From: Lytechinus pictus
Taxonomy: Eukaryota
Assembly: GCF_037042905.1 (NCBI RefSeq)
Contig: NC_087252.1
Span: forward strand, 7,752,001 to 7,816,000
Direction of reading: 5' to 3'
Length of the DNA stretch: 64,000 nucleotides
Shown piece after piece: positions 44,301-57,249 of this stretch (positions are counted from its first letter, which is position 1; every line of letters begins with the position of its first letter). Both the position numbers and the translations under genes were made by a program. Under the pieces are notes generated by a model that saw only the letters and a program-made list of their open reading frames with translations, did not search any database and was not told the origin of the DNA.

Positions 44301-47300
44301 TAAATCACAGAAGTTTCAACTTTTTGCGCACTATTTTCCTTGTAATGAAGTTCAATAATCTTAGAAAATCAATTGAATTAGAGCCGATGGGGTATTAGAG
44401 ATATCTGGATTTGATGAAACGTCCGCTCTTTGAAATTTTAGAGTTTTATTGCTCTGCCGCGGGGAGGAATATCTTCCTTCGGGCATATACACTTCTTCTC
44501 TGTTTTGCGAGTTAAATATGTGCACTGTCGCTAAATTGTTTGTAATCAAATCTGATCTTTCCAAGGGAAGTATTCAATATATCATTGAGAATACCCTTTT
44601 CTCTGGACCCTTTACATGGCAAAAAAATTGATAAAACGCTTCAGCTTCCGCGCTTCGCGCGGGGTTAGTATTATATTAATTTTCTCCATTGTATTCCTTT
44701 TTTGTGCGTTCACAATCACTTTTGAAAACAAGGTTCATGAAAACAAAGTTCAAAATCACAATATCTATTGGAGCTGATGTAGGTACTAGAGACAAGAGAG
44801 ACGGCTGCTTTTCATTTTAATTTATGAAAGACCAAAAGCTTCGCGCGGGAGGGGGAAACTCCCCCTCCCAGCACCCACCCCCTAGGGAGCGCGCTCTGTA
44901 AGTGTTGGCATGCTTCGCGTGCATTTACCGCCCCCTCCAAAATGAAATCCTGGCTACGCGGTTGATCAGCAGTTGTATAACCTCAGTGATTCATTTTTGC
45001 ATTTAAAGTTCTTCTTTTTTGATAATCAGTCAAATTACAGTCACCATTACAACACCAGTAGTCAGCCATAATTACTAAAATATATTAATGAATCAAATAA
45101 CAAAATTACCACCAGCAATCAGTTTAACAATAACAATTTAACAACCACCAGCACACCTATACAAGGCAATATACGAATACAATTTTGTTTTGTAATAATA
45201 TTTATTAATCATTCAGTTCAAAATCAAAGTGATGGTACATTGTAAAATATCACAATATCAATATTGACTGATTAACAAAACATTGTTCACAAAAGATAAA
45301 TAAATATCCATAATACAAATAATCGTACAAAATGTCATACATGTAGTATTAACATATTCATATACAGTGGATAAATTCAGTAACAAAAATTAACCATTTA
45401 TAACCAATATAAATTCACAAAATCATACAATAGTTATGCAGAAAATTGATTGCTCAACATTGATGAAACTGAATGAAATTTATAATTAAAAAAAAGGAAA
45501 AGGGTTCGAGTGCTCACTCCCCACACACGCCCATAAAAGAATGAAATCGCTCTCACACCCAACCCCCCCCTAACACAGACAAGACACAAAACAATTAGTA
45601 CAAACAAAACAAAACAATACAAAAAAAAATAAGAAAGAAAAGCAGAAGGAAAGAAAAAAAGAAAGAAAGAGAGAGAGAGAAAAAAAAGAAAGGAAAAAAA
45701 AAGAGAAAATACAATAATACGATACGAGACACTACACGAAGACAAACGATACTAGTTATAATCGCGATATATCGAGACATTAAAAAGTTAATAACGATAA
45801 TGACGTCATTCAAGATGGCAACTTGCAAGAAAAACCCGTCAGCTCGGGTGAAAATGTCTTAGATGAAAGATTTCTCAATCATCCAGTGGAATTTTTTAAA
45901 TAACTCCGGTCCAAGGTACGCAATTACTTAAGTTATTTATATTTCCCTGATAATGGAAACCATCAAACTGTAAATTTCACTTAAAAACAATTTTAAATCG
46001 CGACCTATAAAACGTTAGTTCACTTATACGTTGGCTGTACGTACGGGCCTCCAAGCTCTTCAGTCTATGTATTGGTGAGTGGAGCCAACGTAGTTCAGCG
46101 GAACAACCAAAATACAGAGACTGAAGCTTTTGGTCTATCCAATGACACGCTGTAAAATAGTATGGTAATGGTTTAATGACTAATGATCACTTTTTAAATA
46201 TAATAATCATGGGATACCAGAAATATTCCACCATTTAGGATCAATAAAGCAAGTGCAATATTCGCAATCTCATGGAATATTTCTTGTATCTTGTCTGCTT
46301 GATACAATTTTACAACTCCCCCCCCCAAAAAAAAAAAAAAAATCAAACAGATCGGCAACAAAGCAAGTGCCCTGAGGACTCCTTCTTCGTTTCAACCATA
46401 CTAAATTTGAATAAACTTCTTGCCAACACAGTAAACTATTGTTCTTAGACTCTTTCAAAAACAAATTAAATTTAAATAATACTACTAGTTAGAGAGGCAT
46501 ACATCAGACCAGTAGTCAGTTCTTCTAGTCAACTGTATAAAACTACTTACAACAAGTCAACAGACATTTTATTAGGTTAGCCACAACATCATCATTAGGC
46601 CTAATGCTCCGACATCTTGGTAGCAGCTACCTCAGATCACTTGCTCACTGCAATCATCCTGCCTGTAGGGAATCTACAGGTAGGACTTAGGACTTTTTCA
46701 ATACTCTTCAGCTTTTTTCAGATCTTTTTATTTGTGACCACTCACACCCCTGCTGTAGGCAAACCATGCAGACCAAAATACACGTGCTTAATGAACTCAA
46801 CTGCTAAAAGGCCCTCTTCATCAAGATATCAATTTTCAATGTTTTATATTTCTTCAGTTGGACACACTGTGCTTGGCGTGAATGGAGAGCAGGTCAAAGG
46901 TCGTCAGCTGGAGGACGGCCGTGAAGTTCTTGAAGTGATAGCCAATCAGGAGAACTATCCGATAGCGATCAGGTTTGGACGACCGAAGCTCTCGACCAAT
47001 GAAAGGATCATGTTGGCTAGTATGTTCCACTCGTAAGTATCACTATTGATTATAATAGCTGAATTTATGTAGGGGGCATCGTGGTCTAGTGATTGAGACT
47101 CTTGTCTTTCAATCTGAGGGATGTGGGTTTGATTCTCAGCCAGGGCGCATTTTACTTCAGCAAGAAATCTATCCACATTGTGCTGCACTCAACCCAGGTG
47201 AGGTAAATGGGTACTGGCAGGAAGTAATTCCTCAAAAAGCTGTGAGCACGGGAATCGGTAGACCAGCTTAACCGGGGTAAATAAATCCTATATTATTATT

Positions 47301-50300
47301 ATTTATGTAGCAATTTAAACTTTTAAAGGTGCATGTTCCCGGAATTCAAGAGCATGCTGTTGGATGGTGCTTATTCACCGCCGTATTCATATTGAAGGTC
47401 ATCAACAGAATTTGCGTGCAGCGTCATCAGCCAGTTCAATGCACCCATGCACAGTACACATACGCTGCGCTGCTTTTTGTTACATCAGCTTTGACCCAAA
47501 GCCCAAACATCTACTGACATCACTTCACAAAGAAATCAGCCTGCCAATATCATCAAATAGCAGCTGATGGGTACATGAAGTGAAAATTGTCAGAGTTTGG
47601 GCATTGAGAATATGGCATCTGTGTACATGTAAGCATTGCATTAAGTTGGTGTAAATGGGCAGTGAGCGCTGTCCGCAGCGTGTGCATATGTTCTGCGCCT
47701 TCTTGAATCCGTGGAACGTGCACCATTAAGATTAAAGAAGGCATTTGCATCAAAAGACAGTTCAAGCATGCTTTCTCGATTACCCTCAGACCTCATTACC
47801 AATTAGGAAGGTACAACACTGAAAAAGTGAGAGGATACAAGAGTTCATTAATTATTGCTCCTCCATGAACTTGAAAGGTAGAATTGCTCTTAAGTCCTTA
47901 TTATTGTAAACAAGAAAATTGCTTGTCTAGATCTCCTAAAGTATAAGTAGACTGTTATCTTTGAATTTAATGAAGTAACTAAACTCAATAAGTTTTGTAT
48001 TAATTAGCAATTTGGTGCAAGAGATCTAGAAAGTGAAAGCACTTTATTTTGTATTTTACTAATTAGAGTCATCATTAAGTTTAATGATCATTCTTAATTA
48101 CACAAACAAATTCTTGAGAATACAATAACGGGGAAGCTGTGGGACCTTTCCTTGAATTCATTTATGTTTGTATTCAATCATTTCATTCTCATTCTCTTCT
48201 CATTTTATCTATCTCTCTCTCTCTATCTACATTTTTCTTGCATGCCACTCTCTATCTCTTTGTGACAGATTTTCAGAAAACTAACAAAACTATTTTTAAA
48301 AAAGAAAGAAAAAATGAAGAAATAAAATTGTCCTCAACATTTTTTTTCCGGGGGGGGGGGGGGGGAGGCACTTTGCCTCCATTCCAAGCATATAACATAA
48401 ATCTGTTTTAACTTTGGCCTGTAACTCCATGACAATTGTCAAAATTATTGGAAGCCAAAAGTTTCAAAATTGCGTTTGCATTTTATGTTTCCTATCTTTA
48501 ACTGGGATCCGTCCCAATTCTTTAATGGTGAAAACAAGTATATTATTTGCATGTGTTCTTTGCAGACAATTTAGAATGATTTGTGAGTCAAGTGAGCCGT
48601 TACATTGAACCTGTACTGTTGCAGATTTATGTCACAATTGGCTATCCATAGTTAAACAACGGCTTTAAACCAGAGTGTAGATTAAACCCAACTTCAGAAT
48701 ACGGTATTATCAGGTAAAAGGAAATCACTCATATTACACAATCATGTACTATCTCATATCTCGTTCTGTCTCTCTCCTCTCTAAGGTTGTATGCCATTGG
48801 AAGTCAACTATCCCCAGAGCAGAGGTCATCAGGTATTCAGCTTCTAGAGACAGATGCTTTCAAACTATATTGCTATCAGACACTATCAGGTAAATAGTTC
48901 TACTATTACACCTTACTATTATTCTTCTCGTTACTCTACAGGGTATTAGTCTGCACTAACCCTGTCTTGAATTATGGTAAAGATTCAATAATTATACCAT
49001 GAATTATATTGGATATGTATTATGACCCATTATCACCCGTATCAGACATCTGAGCTGGTCATTTACAAAACTGTATTGCCCTAGATTTTCTGAATATCGG
49101 GAAGCGATAGGTATATTGTTTGTATTTTCCTCGGTCTCAATGCGGGTATTGACTTTGCATGCAGAGACAATGCAAAATATACCTTTGTATTTTCCCTGTT
49201 CTCACATCCGGGCCTTTGAGGATGCGTATGAAGTGGAGTGGTAGAGTGGTAGTGATTTTTAACCTGATGGCTAAGAAAGCATGAATGCTTGTAAGCAAGC
49301 AACCAGAGGACCGATGGCTTAAGGTCCTCTCCGAGGGACCTGGTAATGAGGATTAATGCCTTACCAAAGGGCACTAGCGCACCAATTGGGAATCAAATCC
49401 GGGTCACCGGAATCTGAATCCCCCGCTTCATAATGATCCGCGCACCAACAATCTACATGTACGTCATAATAAATAAAGACAACGGTGGATTTGGGCGCTT
49501 GCAAGTACGTCATAATGGTAAAGTGCACAGCCTAGACCCTGATATTAACATGACACAATAAAACTCTATTCTTAAAAGAAATATCACCATTATCATGATT
49601 TTTGCTCTAGATATTTGATTTGGATGATAATGAAAATATTGACTGGCTCTTCTTTCGGGGAATATCAAATATATTACACTTAAAAGACCCATATTGCCCT
49701 CGTCTAAAGACTCGGGTCAATATGATTCTTTTGCTGGCAATATATTTTTTATGTTCCCCTCAAGGCCAGTCAATATTATATAATTATACCAAATACGTTA
49801 AAAAGATGGAACCCTCTGCCTTCTGGTCAAGCGCTTAGCATTTTACAATGGACAAGGGTTTTTAAATTACATACCATGTTATGAAGGGCACGATGGGAGA
49901 ATAGATCATAAGAACTGAATTGGCTGCCCTGGGTTAATGAGACATGGTCTAGTGGTTACGACTCGTCTCTCAATCAGAGGGATGTAGGTTCAAATCCCAG
50001 CCATTCCCTGTTTTCCTTCAGCAAGAAATTTATCCACATTGTGCTGCACTCAACCCAGGTGAGGTGAATGGGTACCCAGCAGTAATAAGTTCTTGAAATG
50101 CACTGAGCGCTGAAGGGCTGCTTGAGCTAAATTTGGGGTAATGATAATAAAAAATTCACCTTGGAATAGATTATTTTGAGATAGATGGTGCAATATAAAT
50201 GCCTATTATCATTATTATTAATATTATTATTACTATTATTATTACTTCTACTACTACTACTACTACTACTTCTACTACTACTACTACTACTACTTACTAC

Positions 50301-50305
50301 TACTT

Positions 50306-50377
<72 letters not shown>

Positions 50378-51151
50378 ATTGTTACTGATTAATACAAAAC
50401 CTTATTAAATTTATCTGTTTGACAGGTATCAAGTTAATAGTACTCTCTGACCCACGTCAGACCAGCATGGAAGGATTATTAAAGAAGATCTATGAACTCT
50501 ACGCAGACTATGCTCTCAAGAATCCATTCTACTCCATAGACATGCCAGTCAGGTGGGTATATTTATATAATATTGACTGGCCTTGAGGGCAATATCAAAT
50601 ATATTGCCCACAAAAGCATCATACTGTCCCAAGTCTTTGGACGAGGGCAATATGATTCTTTTAAGGGCAGTATATTTGATGTTCCCCAAAAGAGGAGCCA
50701 GTCAATATTATTATTATTATTACCTCTGGCTATAATGTGTAATTCAGGCTTTCATTTGGAACAATTTAAATGCCTGTTTGTTTGTTTCTGACTACTGGCT
50801 TAGTAAATGTGATTCATTGTTACCGCACACCAGGTATGGGCGCAAATGCACTTAACACATCCAAATCGTGCCCTTGGGTTTGATCAGTTGCGAATACTGC
50901 CTCATTAGCTGCACGAGCCGTGCTGCGCATTTTCTACAGTTTGTTGCTTCACAAACTGGTTCCAACCATTTTTATGAATATATTGCCTGCTGCCAAATTT
51001 ACGAACAAAGTCAATGGGAAAACCCGGAAGAGAAAAAATGTATAATATTGACCACATTCTTTTCCTTTTCAGATGTGAGCTTTTTGATTTGAACCTCCAA
51101 GCCACCTTAGATGCTGCGGAGAGATCAACATTCTATGCTGCGGGCTCATGA
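41127..51151 (+). CDS. TRAPPC4: Trafficking protein particle complex subunit 4 (synbindin/Trs23), 219 aa, 5 exons
   Basis: Exons 41127-41301, 46858-47032, 48786-48889, 50426-50552, 51073-51151 (660 nt), all GT-AG. Sequence [18 protein letters not shown]...[23 protein letters not shown]...[27 protein letters not shown] is diagnostic of TRAPPC4. Confidence 0.97.
41624..46137. mobile_element. ~4.5-kb non-autonomous TIR element (TAG...CTA termini, Academ-like) filling most of TRAPPC4 intron 1
   Basis: ~90-bp imperfect TIRs TAGACCAAAAGCTTC...GTTCCGCTGAACT...CGTTGGCTCCACTCACCAA and reverse complement at ~46060-46137; no TSD recognised. Confidence 0.65.
43561..44964. mobile_element. 1.4-kb hAT-like non-autonomous element, perfect 8-bp TSD ATCAGCAG
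   Basis: CAGGCGCGTAGCCAGG ... CCTGGCTACGCGGTTG; ATCAGCAG at 43553-60 and 44965-72. Confidence 0.85.
46858..47032 (+). CDS. TRAPPC4: TRAPPC4 exon 2
   Basis: TTCAG acceptor, GTAAGT donor; [10 protein letters not shown]...MLASMFHS. Confidence 0.95.
47072..47300 (+). mobile_element. tRNA-derived SINE family 1 (second copy ~49938-50210)
   Basis: A-box-like TGGTCTAGTG, B-box-like GGTTTGATTC / GGTTCAAATCC, shared core TATCCACATTGTGCTGCACTCAACCCAGGTGAGGT.AATGGGTAC, (ATT)n tail. Confidence 0.75.
47327..47725. mobile_element. TTAA-flanked MITE
   Basis: TTAA-AGGTGCATGTTCCCGGAATTCAAGA ... TCTTGAATCCGTGGAACGTGCACCA-TTAA. Confidence 0.6.
48786..48889 (+). CDS. TRAPPC4: TRAPPC4 exon 3
   Basis: [34 protein letters not shown]; 104 nt. 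Confidence 0.95.
50210..50378. repeat. (ATT)n/(ACT)n microsatellite at the SINE tail
   Basis: Direct reading of the sequence. Confidence 0.9.
50426..50552 (+). CDS. TRAPPC4: TRAPPC4 exon 4
   Basis: [12 protein letters not shown]...[11 protein letters not shown]; 127 nt. Confidence 0.95.
51073..51151 (+). CDS. TRAPPC4: TRAPPC4 exon 5 (stop)
   Basis: [26 protein letters not shown]; 79 nt. Confidence 0.93.
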
Positions 51152-51289
51152 TGAACCATTCTGACGACTGAGAAGATATGAATGAAGACATTTAATGACT
51201 TTAAAAGTTCTTTGAGCATCAGCTTCCATGTGGAATCTGACTCCAATCTAGTGATTACACAGTAACAGGTGTTGTCTATCGCCCAAAGT

Positions 51290-52790
51290 GGAATCCAGCC
51301 GATGACCGATAGCTATTGTGTAATGCTATATATATTCAACCCTGGTGTTGTCATTCACACAGAATGGAATCAAGTTGATGACCCATAGCTACTGTGTAAT
51401 GTTATGTATGTTCAACCCTGGTGTTGTCAATCACACAGAATGGAATCAAGTTGATGACCAATAGCTACTGTGTAATGTTATGTATGTTCAACCCTGGTGT
51501 TGTCAATCACACAGAATGGAATCATGTTGATGACCAATAGCAATTGTGTAATGCTGTGTATATTCAACCCTGGGCTCCGTAACACAAAGGTTTGCAATCA
51601 CTAAATACCAATGACCAATCAAGATCATTGTTGCATGCGCACTTTGTTTACAAGACTGACTGGGAGCCAATCAGTGCAGCTCTTTCATATTTGCGATTCA
51701 TTGCAAACCTTTGTGTTACGGAGCCCCGGTGTTGTACATCGCACAGAATGGAATCAAGTTGATGACCAATAGCTACTGTGTAATGTTGTGTATATTCAAC
51801 CCTGGTGTTGTCAATCGCACAGAATGGAATCAAGTTGATGACCAATAGCTACTGTGAAATGTTATGTATGTTCAACCCGGGTCTTGTACATCGCACAGAA
51901 TGGAATCATGTTGATGACCAATAGCTACTGTGTAATGTTATGTATGTTCAACCCTGGTGTTGTCAATCACACAGAATGGAATCAAGTTGATGACCGATAG
52001 CTACTGTGAAATGTTATGTATGTTCAACCCTGGTGTTGTCAATCACACAGAATGGAATCAAGTTGATGACCAATAGCTACTGTGTAATGTTATGTATGTT
52101 CAACCCTGGTGTTGTCAATCACACAGAATGGAATCAAGTTGATGACCAATAGCTACTGTGTAATGTTATGTATGTTCAACCCTGGTGTTGTCAATCACAC
52201 AGAATGGAATCAAGTTGATGACCAATAGCTACTGTGTAATGTTATGTATGTTCAACCCTGGTCTTGTACATCACACAGAATGGAATCATGTTGATGACCA
52301 ATAGCTACTGTGTAATGTTATGTATGTTCAACCTGGGTCTTGTACATCGCACAGAATGGAATCATGTTGATGACCAATAGCTACTGTGTAATGTTATGTA
52401 TGTTCAACCCTGGTGTTGTCAATCACACAGAATGGAATCAAGTTGATGACCAATAGCTACTGTGTAATGTTATGTATGTTCAACCCGGGTCTTGTACATC
52501 GCACAGAATGGAATCATGTTGATGACCAATAGCTACTGTGTAATGTTATGTATGTTCAACCCTGGTGTTGTCAATCACACAGAATGGAATCATGTTGATG
52601 ACCAATAGCTACTGTGAAATGTTATGTATGTTCAACCCTGGTGTTGTCAATCGCACAGAATGGAATCAAGTTGATGACCAATAGCTACAGTGTAATGTTA
52701 TGTATGTTCAACCCGGGTCTTGTACATCGCACAGAATGGAATCATGTTGATGACCAATAGCCATTGTGTAATGCTGTGTATATTCAATGT
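51290..52790 (+). repeat. 76-bp minisatellite, about 17-18 units, immediately 3' of the TRAPPC4 stop
   Basis: Unit GATGACCAATAGCTACTGTGTAATGTTATGTATGTTCAACCCTGGTGTTGTCAATCACACAGAATGGAATCAAGTT, e.g. starts at 52141 and 52217. Confidence 0.95.
51573..51725. mobile_element. 153-bp Harbinger-like MITE inserted in a minisatellite unit
   Basis: Perfect TIR GGCTCCGTAACACAAAGGTTTGCAAT; flanks CTG/CCG; empty units read CCCTGGTG. Confidence 0.85.
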
Positions 52791-53652
52791 ATAGTCTCAT
52801 TATCTTACTTTCCTGATGACTAGTGTTTACTTACATGTACCTGTAGTCCGTACTGGACCCCCAAAATACTCAATGATCAAGGGGAATAAAGGAGAAAATA
52901 AAAAAAGCAAACTAAGAAAAAAATTGTGAAATTATGATCTTTTCGAAATACTTTGTTAAAATCTGTCACAACAAATTTCGCAACTCTCGAAATTGTGCCC
53001 CGTGTTGTGCCCCCTCAAACTTGTTGGCTAATTAGTGCGAACCCAAAACCTAGCACACAATCTTGGGACTTGGGCACTGGTCTACAACACCTTCCAAAAG
53101 GCAAGACAATGGGTAGTCTGATTGTGAATATTCTATGGCTGCTGTCACACCCGTGAAACCATTTCCAGACCAATCAAAGCTCAATCGTTATGTTGAATGG
53201 CATATCATCGGTTTCGTTCGTGTGTCTGTAGCATGGGGTGTTTATTCTGTAGAGTGTCTGTTGCCAACTCATTTTCCATGTCTAGATTATTTTGAAAGAC
53301 ACCAAGCACCTTCAGCAGCCGGAGCTATAGCTGGGGTAGTAGTGCACCATTAAATAGGCAAATAGATAATGGTGCCTCATAAATGCTTTATGTTATTATT
53401 ATTATCAATTGATGAAATGAAAGAATATAATAATGGAAAGAAAGAGATGATGAACTTGACCTGGATTTTCAAGGAATTGTGTTTTTCCCCATTAATTAAC
53501 GCTGAAAGTGGAAGATTTCAATTAATATTTTTTAGGAGGTTGATGATAATCTTGCATCATAAAAACTTGTGTGATAATTTTTTTTTGCTTTCATCATGAA
53601 GGCAGAAAGAGGAAGATTTTGACCTTGTATTCCCGAGAAGGTTGAACTAATA

Positions 53653-53961
53653 GGCCCGTATTCTGAAGTCGGGTTTAAATTAAACCATGGTCTAACTCTG
53701 CTAAAATTATGGGAAGCCAAAGATTAAAAAAATTCTGCTTATATTGTATATTTCTTATATTTACTATTTTGTTTCCCTTTGCTTTCATAATGAAGAAAAT
53801 ACTTCAGTTATCATTCTGATACAGTTATAAATGATGTGAGTGCCATTAGAGTCAATAAATTGAACATGTACTAAAAGAGATTTGTGCCCAATTGGCACTC
53901 CATAGTTAAACCACAACTTTAAACCAGGGTTTAATGTAAACCAGACTTCAGAATATGGGCC
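53653..53961. mobile_element. Harbinger-like MITE (partial copy ~48600-48705)
   Basis: GGCCCGTATTCTGAAGTCGGGTTTA ... TAAACCAGACTTCAGAATATGGGCC. Confidence 0.7.
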
Positions 53962-54581
53962 ATAATCTCAATGTAGCATCATCTGGATAAGGTCCTGATG
54001 GGAAATAATAAAAGTCCAATATGATTGGTGAGAGATTTTGGTGATATGCTGGGTCTTCCAAAAATGCAGAGGATCTTCAAGCCAGAGAATTACGTATATA
54101 TCAAAATCATTTTCTGCTTAGGATTATCTTATAAATCTTGCATTCTGATTCGTTACAGATTGAGCATGCAATCTTAAACAAACAGGAGTAATACCGAAAA
54201 ATTTCTTTACAAACTTGCTTTTATCCAATCAAATGCTGTATTGCCATTATGTCAGTAGCTTTTAACAGTATCCACAATACAAGTTGGTGATAACATGCTT
54301 TGTGAAAGAGACCCCCGATCAATTACTTGTCCTTAAAGGAGAATGAAACTGGGGCAAGAAGTTAGTAGCTACAAGTACAAATTTGTCCAATATTGAATAG
54401 GGAGGCTGTTCATGCGTGACATTAAACATCTTTTTCACATTGCTAACGGGGGGGGGGGGGTATTGGGATGGGGATGTTCATAGCTTAAGTAAACTAAATA
54501 TTTATGTGCGTCTAAACTCTTATTAATTTTTTTTTATATTCAAAACATGCGCAGAATGTGCATACCGCTGCAGTTTACTTA

Positions 54582-54744
54582 TACCATGGTCACATTTGCT
54601 CTACGGTGGCCGTACGGCGAGTCGAAAACAGCCGTTTTATTCATTTTTACTAAAACCACCTTTATGTAGCTGGTACAAACAAATGTTAAAACGGCTGTTG
54701 TCGACTCGCCGTACGGCCGCCGTAGAACAAATGAGACCAAGGTA
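54582..54744. mobile_element. 163-bp hairpin MITE with TTA TSD (PIF/Harbinger-like)
   Basis: ~57-bp near-perfect arms TACCATGGTCACATTTGCTCTACGG...; TTA on both sides. Confidence 0.8.
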
Positions 54745-54949
54745 TTAATGAATTGACTACGGTAGTACGCGTTTTCTACAGTTAATGTTTTGATATTGAA
54801 GATCGCGCTACATGTAAGCCGAAATCGTTTGATTGTTTATACGTAGAAAAAACATTCCCCAGATATGCATGTAGGATATGGACTATGTGAATGTTCAATT
54901 TATTTATTGACCTTGTAATTCTGATTGATAGTGGTCTGTTTAGTGTTTA

Positions 54950-55195
54950 CACTGCAAAAACTCTCATTGGTGTTGATTTAACACCAGACCGGAATATATA
55001 TATGTACGCACCAGAGAAGTATTGAAACAACACCAGTTTGGAATCAAACCGATGCTGTTTTAATACTAATTGGTGTTGTATATACACCTATCTGGTGTTA
55101 GACCAAAAACCAAACTGGTCTTGTTTAACACTTCTCTGGTGTGGAAATATATAGATTCCAGACTGGTGTTAAATCAAGACCGGAGTTTTGGAGTG
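54950..55195. mobile_element. TA-flanked MITE with CACTGCAAAAAC termini (half copies at ~27035-27143 and ~27285-27424)
   Basis: TA-CACTGCAAAAACTC...TGGTGTTGATTTAACACCAG / CTGGTGTTAAATCAAGACCGGAGTTTTGGAGTG-TA. Confidence 0.75.
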
Positions 55196-55264
55196 TACAA
55201 CCAAAGGAATTGATTTCATCACCCTTGGTTGAAATTGATTGAGCATTTCTCAGATACATGTAGT

Positions 55265-55616
55265 GTGATACCACATGGTCTCCAAACTCATTTGGTCTCC
55301 CATTCAATTGGTCTAATTGCCATTTGGTCTACACTACTCTCGGTTTAATTCCCACTTAGTCCAATTCTCATTTAGTCTTATTGGTCTAATTTCTTCTTTA
55401 TCTCATTATTTTAGACAATGTGAACATGTGATTCATAAACAATTAATCTAACCATATAGACTAAATGGTATTAGACGAAATGGGTAGAGCCTAACTGGAC
55501 ATAAGACAAAATGGTCAGTAGAAGAACTGTTTATAGCTGACCTAGGATTAGACCAATTGGGAGTAGACCAAATGGAACGGAGACGAAGCAGGTGTAGACC
55601 AATTGGCAATTTACCC
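55265..55616. mobile_element. Degenerate foldback of ~15-bp TTGGTCTA/TAGACCAA units
   Basis: TTGGTCT units to ~55390, then AGACCAA units; similar subunit to 23275-23990. Confidence 0.6.
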
Positions 55617-55725
55617 ATACATTATGTGGACATAGAACAATGATTTGTTGAGACACAATGTGTTAATGGGACTCGTAGACTATTTTGTTAAGGATAACAT
55701 TACACAAGGGCTGGGGGCAATTTAA

Positions 55726-56320
55726 AGGGGAATCCAGCCTTGGCCATAAAATGTTGCGTTGGGAAGGAGAAAAATAAATTAAACAGAATGGTGAAAGTTT
55801 GAAAGAAATCGGACAAGCAATAAGAAAGTTATAGCTGCTTTAAAATTGAGATCACTAATACTATGTGGATTTCAAATTGGCAACTGGGTAAGTAAATTAT
55901 GACAAGGGGCAAGGACAACTTTCCCATAGGCCATGTACTTTATTATCAGGGATTTGTGGTTTTCTCCTAAGTACCCATTCCCCTGGGGCAGTAATCTAAA
56001 TATAACCCAGGAAGTATATTGTTTTATGTCCTCATGAAAGAAAAATATAATTTGAAATAAAACTTTTGGGAAAAATGAAATTTTAGCCATAATATGTATT
56101 GGAGTACATGGAAGAGTAGTCCTTGCCTTACATCACTATGACATCCCATATGCGGCCAATTTGAAGTCTCCATGGGTATAGTGATTACCAATATTTACAA
56201 CTTTTAAAAATTCATAACTTTCTTGTTGTTTGTCCAATATTGTTCAAACTTTCACCTATTAACTTGTCTGATTTTTCTTTTCCTTATAAAAACAAGTTTT
56301 TATTTGGGTTGGATTCCCCT
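55726..56320 (+). mobile_element. MITE family B (595 bp), second copy
   Basis: TTAA on both sides; near-identical to 6904-7498. Confidence 0.9.
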
Positions 56321-56372
56321 TTAACCCATGAAATGCTCAAAAGAGCCATGGAAAACTGAAAAAGGAGTCCTG

Positions 56373-56650
56373 GGCCCGTCTACCAAAGAGTTGCAATTGA
56401 TCCAATCAATCACAACTATGGACGGCCAGTATCGTCAACATCTCTTCTAAATGCATGTTGTTTTTTTCAAAATATTTTCTAACTATGAATGTATATTCAT
56501 GCATTCATTGCTTTCTTGAAAATTCACTGTGCTTCTCTTTGTTTACAAAGGACATTGTTCAAATTTCCTGTCGAATAAATTATGACACTGATAGATTTCC
56601 ATAGAGTTACAATTGATTGGATCAATCGTAGCTCTTTGTAAGATGGGGCC
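56373..56650. mobile_element. Harbinger-like MITE with CTG TSD
   Basis: CTG-GGCCCGTCTACCAAAGAGTTGCAATTGATCCAATCAA ... TTGATTGGATCAATCGTAGCTCTTTGTAAGATGGGGCC-CTG. Confidence 0.75.
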
Positions 56651-57067
56651 CTGGAAATCCCTATTCCTTGCAATGTCAAAGTTTATCTAATGTTACAGAT
56701 TTAGGTATTAAGCCATGAAAAGTAGCCCTCAGAAAATTATTTTCCTTTGGCCTGCTGAGTGTACACAAAGTACATGGACGAATGTCAAGTTATCATGCCA
56801 GTTAGAGAGGTGCCCATGTAATGGAGGAAAAGTAGTGGTATACTAATGTACATACATGTATTATGTATATTGTATAATTTCAATAATCATTGATTCGATA
56901 AATATATAACAGAGAATTTATCCGTAATAAGGAATCATTTCATTTCTTTCCGTTTTTATTGAGTTTCGATTTTTTTAGAATTAATGTACAGCTTAAGTTT
57001 GTATGGAATCCAAATTATTAGTTAATTGTTCATGTTGGAAAGGATTTGGAAAAAATGTTATTGAAAC

Positions 57068-57249
57068 CAGGGGTGTGAGAGTTCAGATTTTTATCTGATT
57101 TCAGATTTTTTTGTTTTTATTTTCAGCTTAATTTCAGCTTATTTTTGGCTTTCCTCTGCAAAAAGTATGGGAGCTCTTTCTTTTTCAGACTTTTTCAACA
57201 CTCTTCAGCTTTTTTCAGATATTTTTATTTGTAACCACTCACACCCCTG
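57068..57249. mobile_element. 182-bp hAT-like MITE (fragment also ~46690-46752)
   Basis: CAGGGGTGTGAG ... CTCACACCCCTG; flanks ATTGAAAC / AGTGAAAC. Confidence 0.8.

Noticed and set aside
41624..46137. Autonomous transposon
   Set aside because: No transposase-like ORF or recognisable coding remnant.
47072..47150. Possible tRNA gene
   Set aside because: Degenerate stems and continuation into a shared repeat body indicate a SINE head; same at ~49940.
51290..52790. CRISPR-like regular array
   Set aside because: Units are contiguous with no unique spacers, no cas genes, eukaryotic context.
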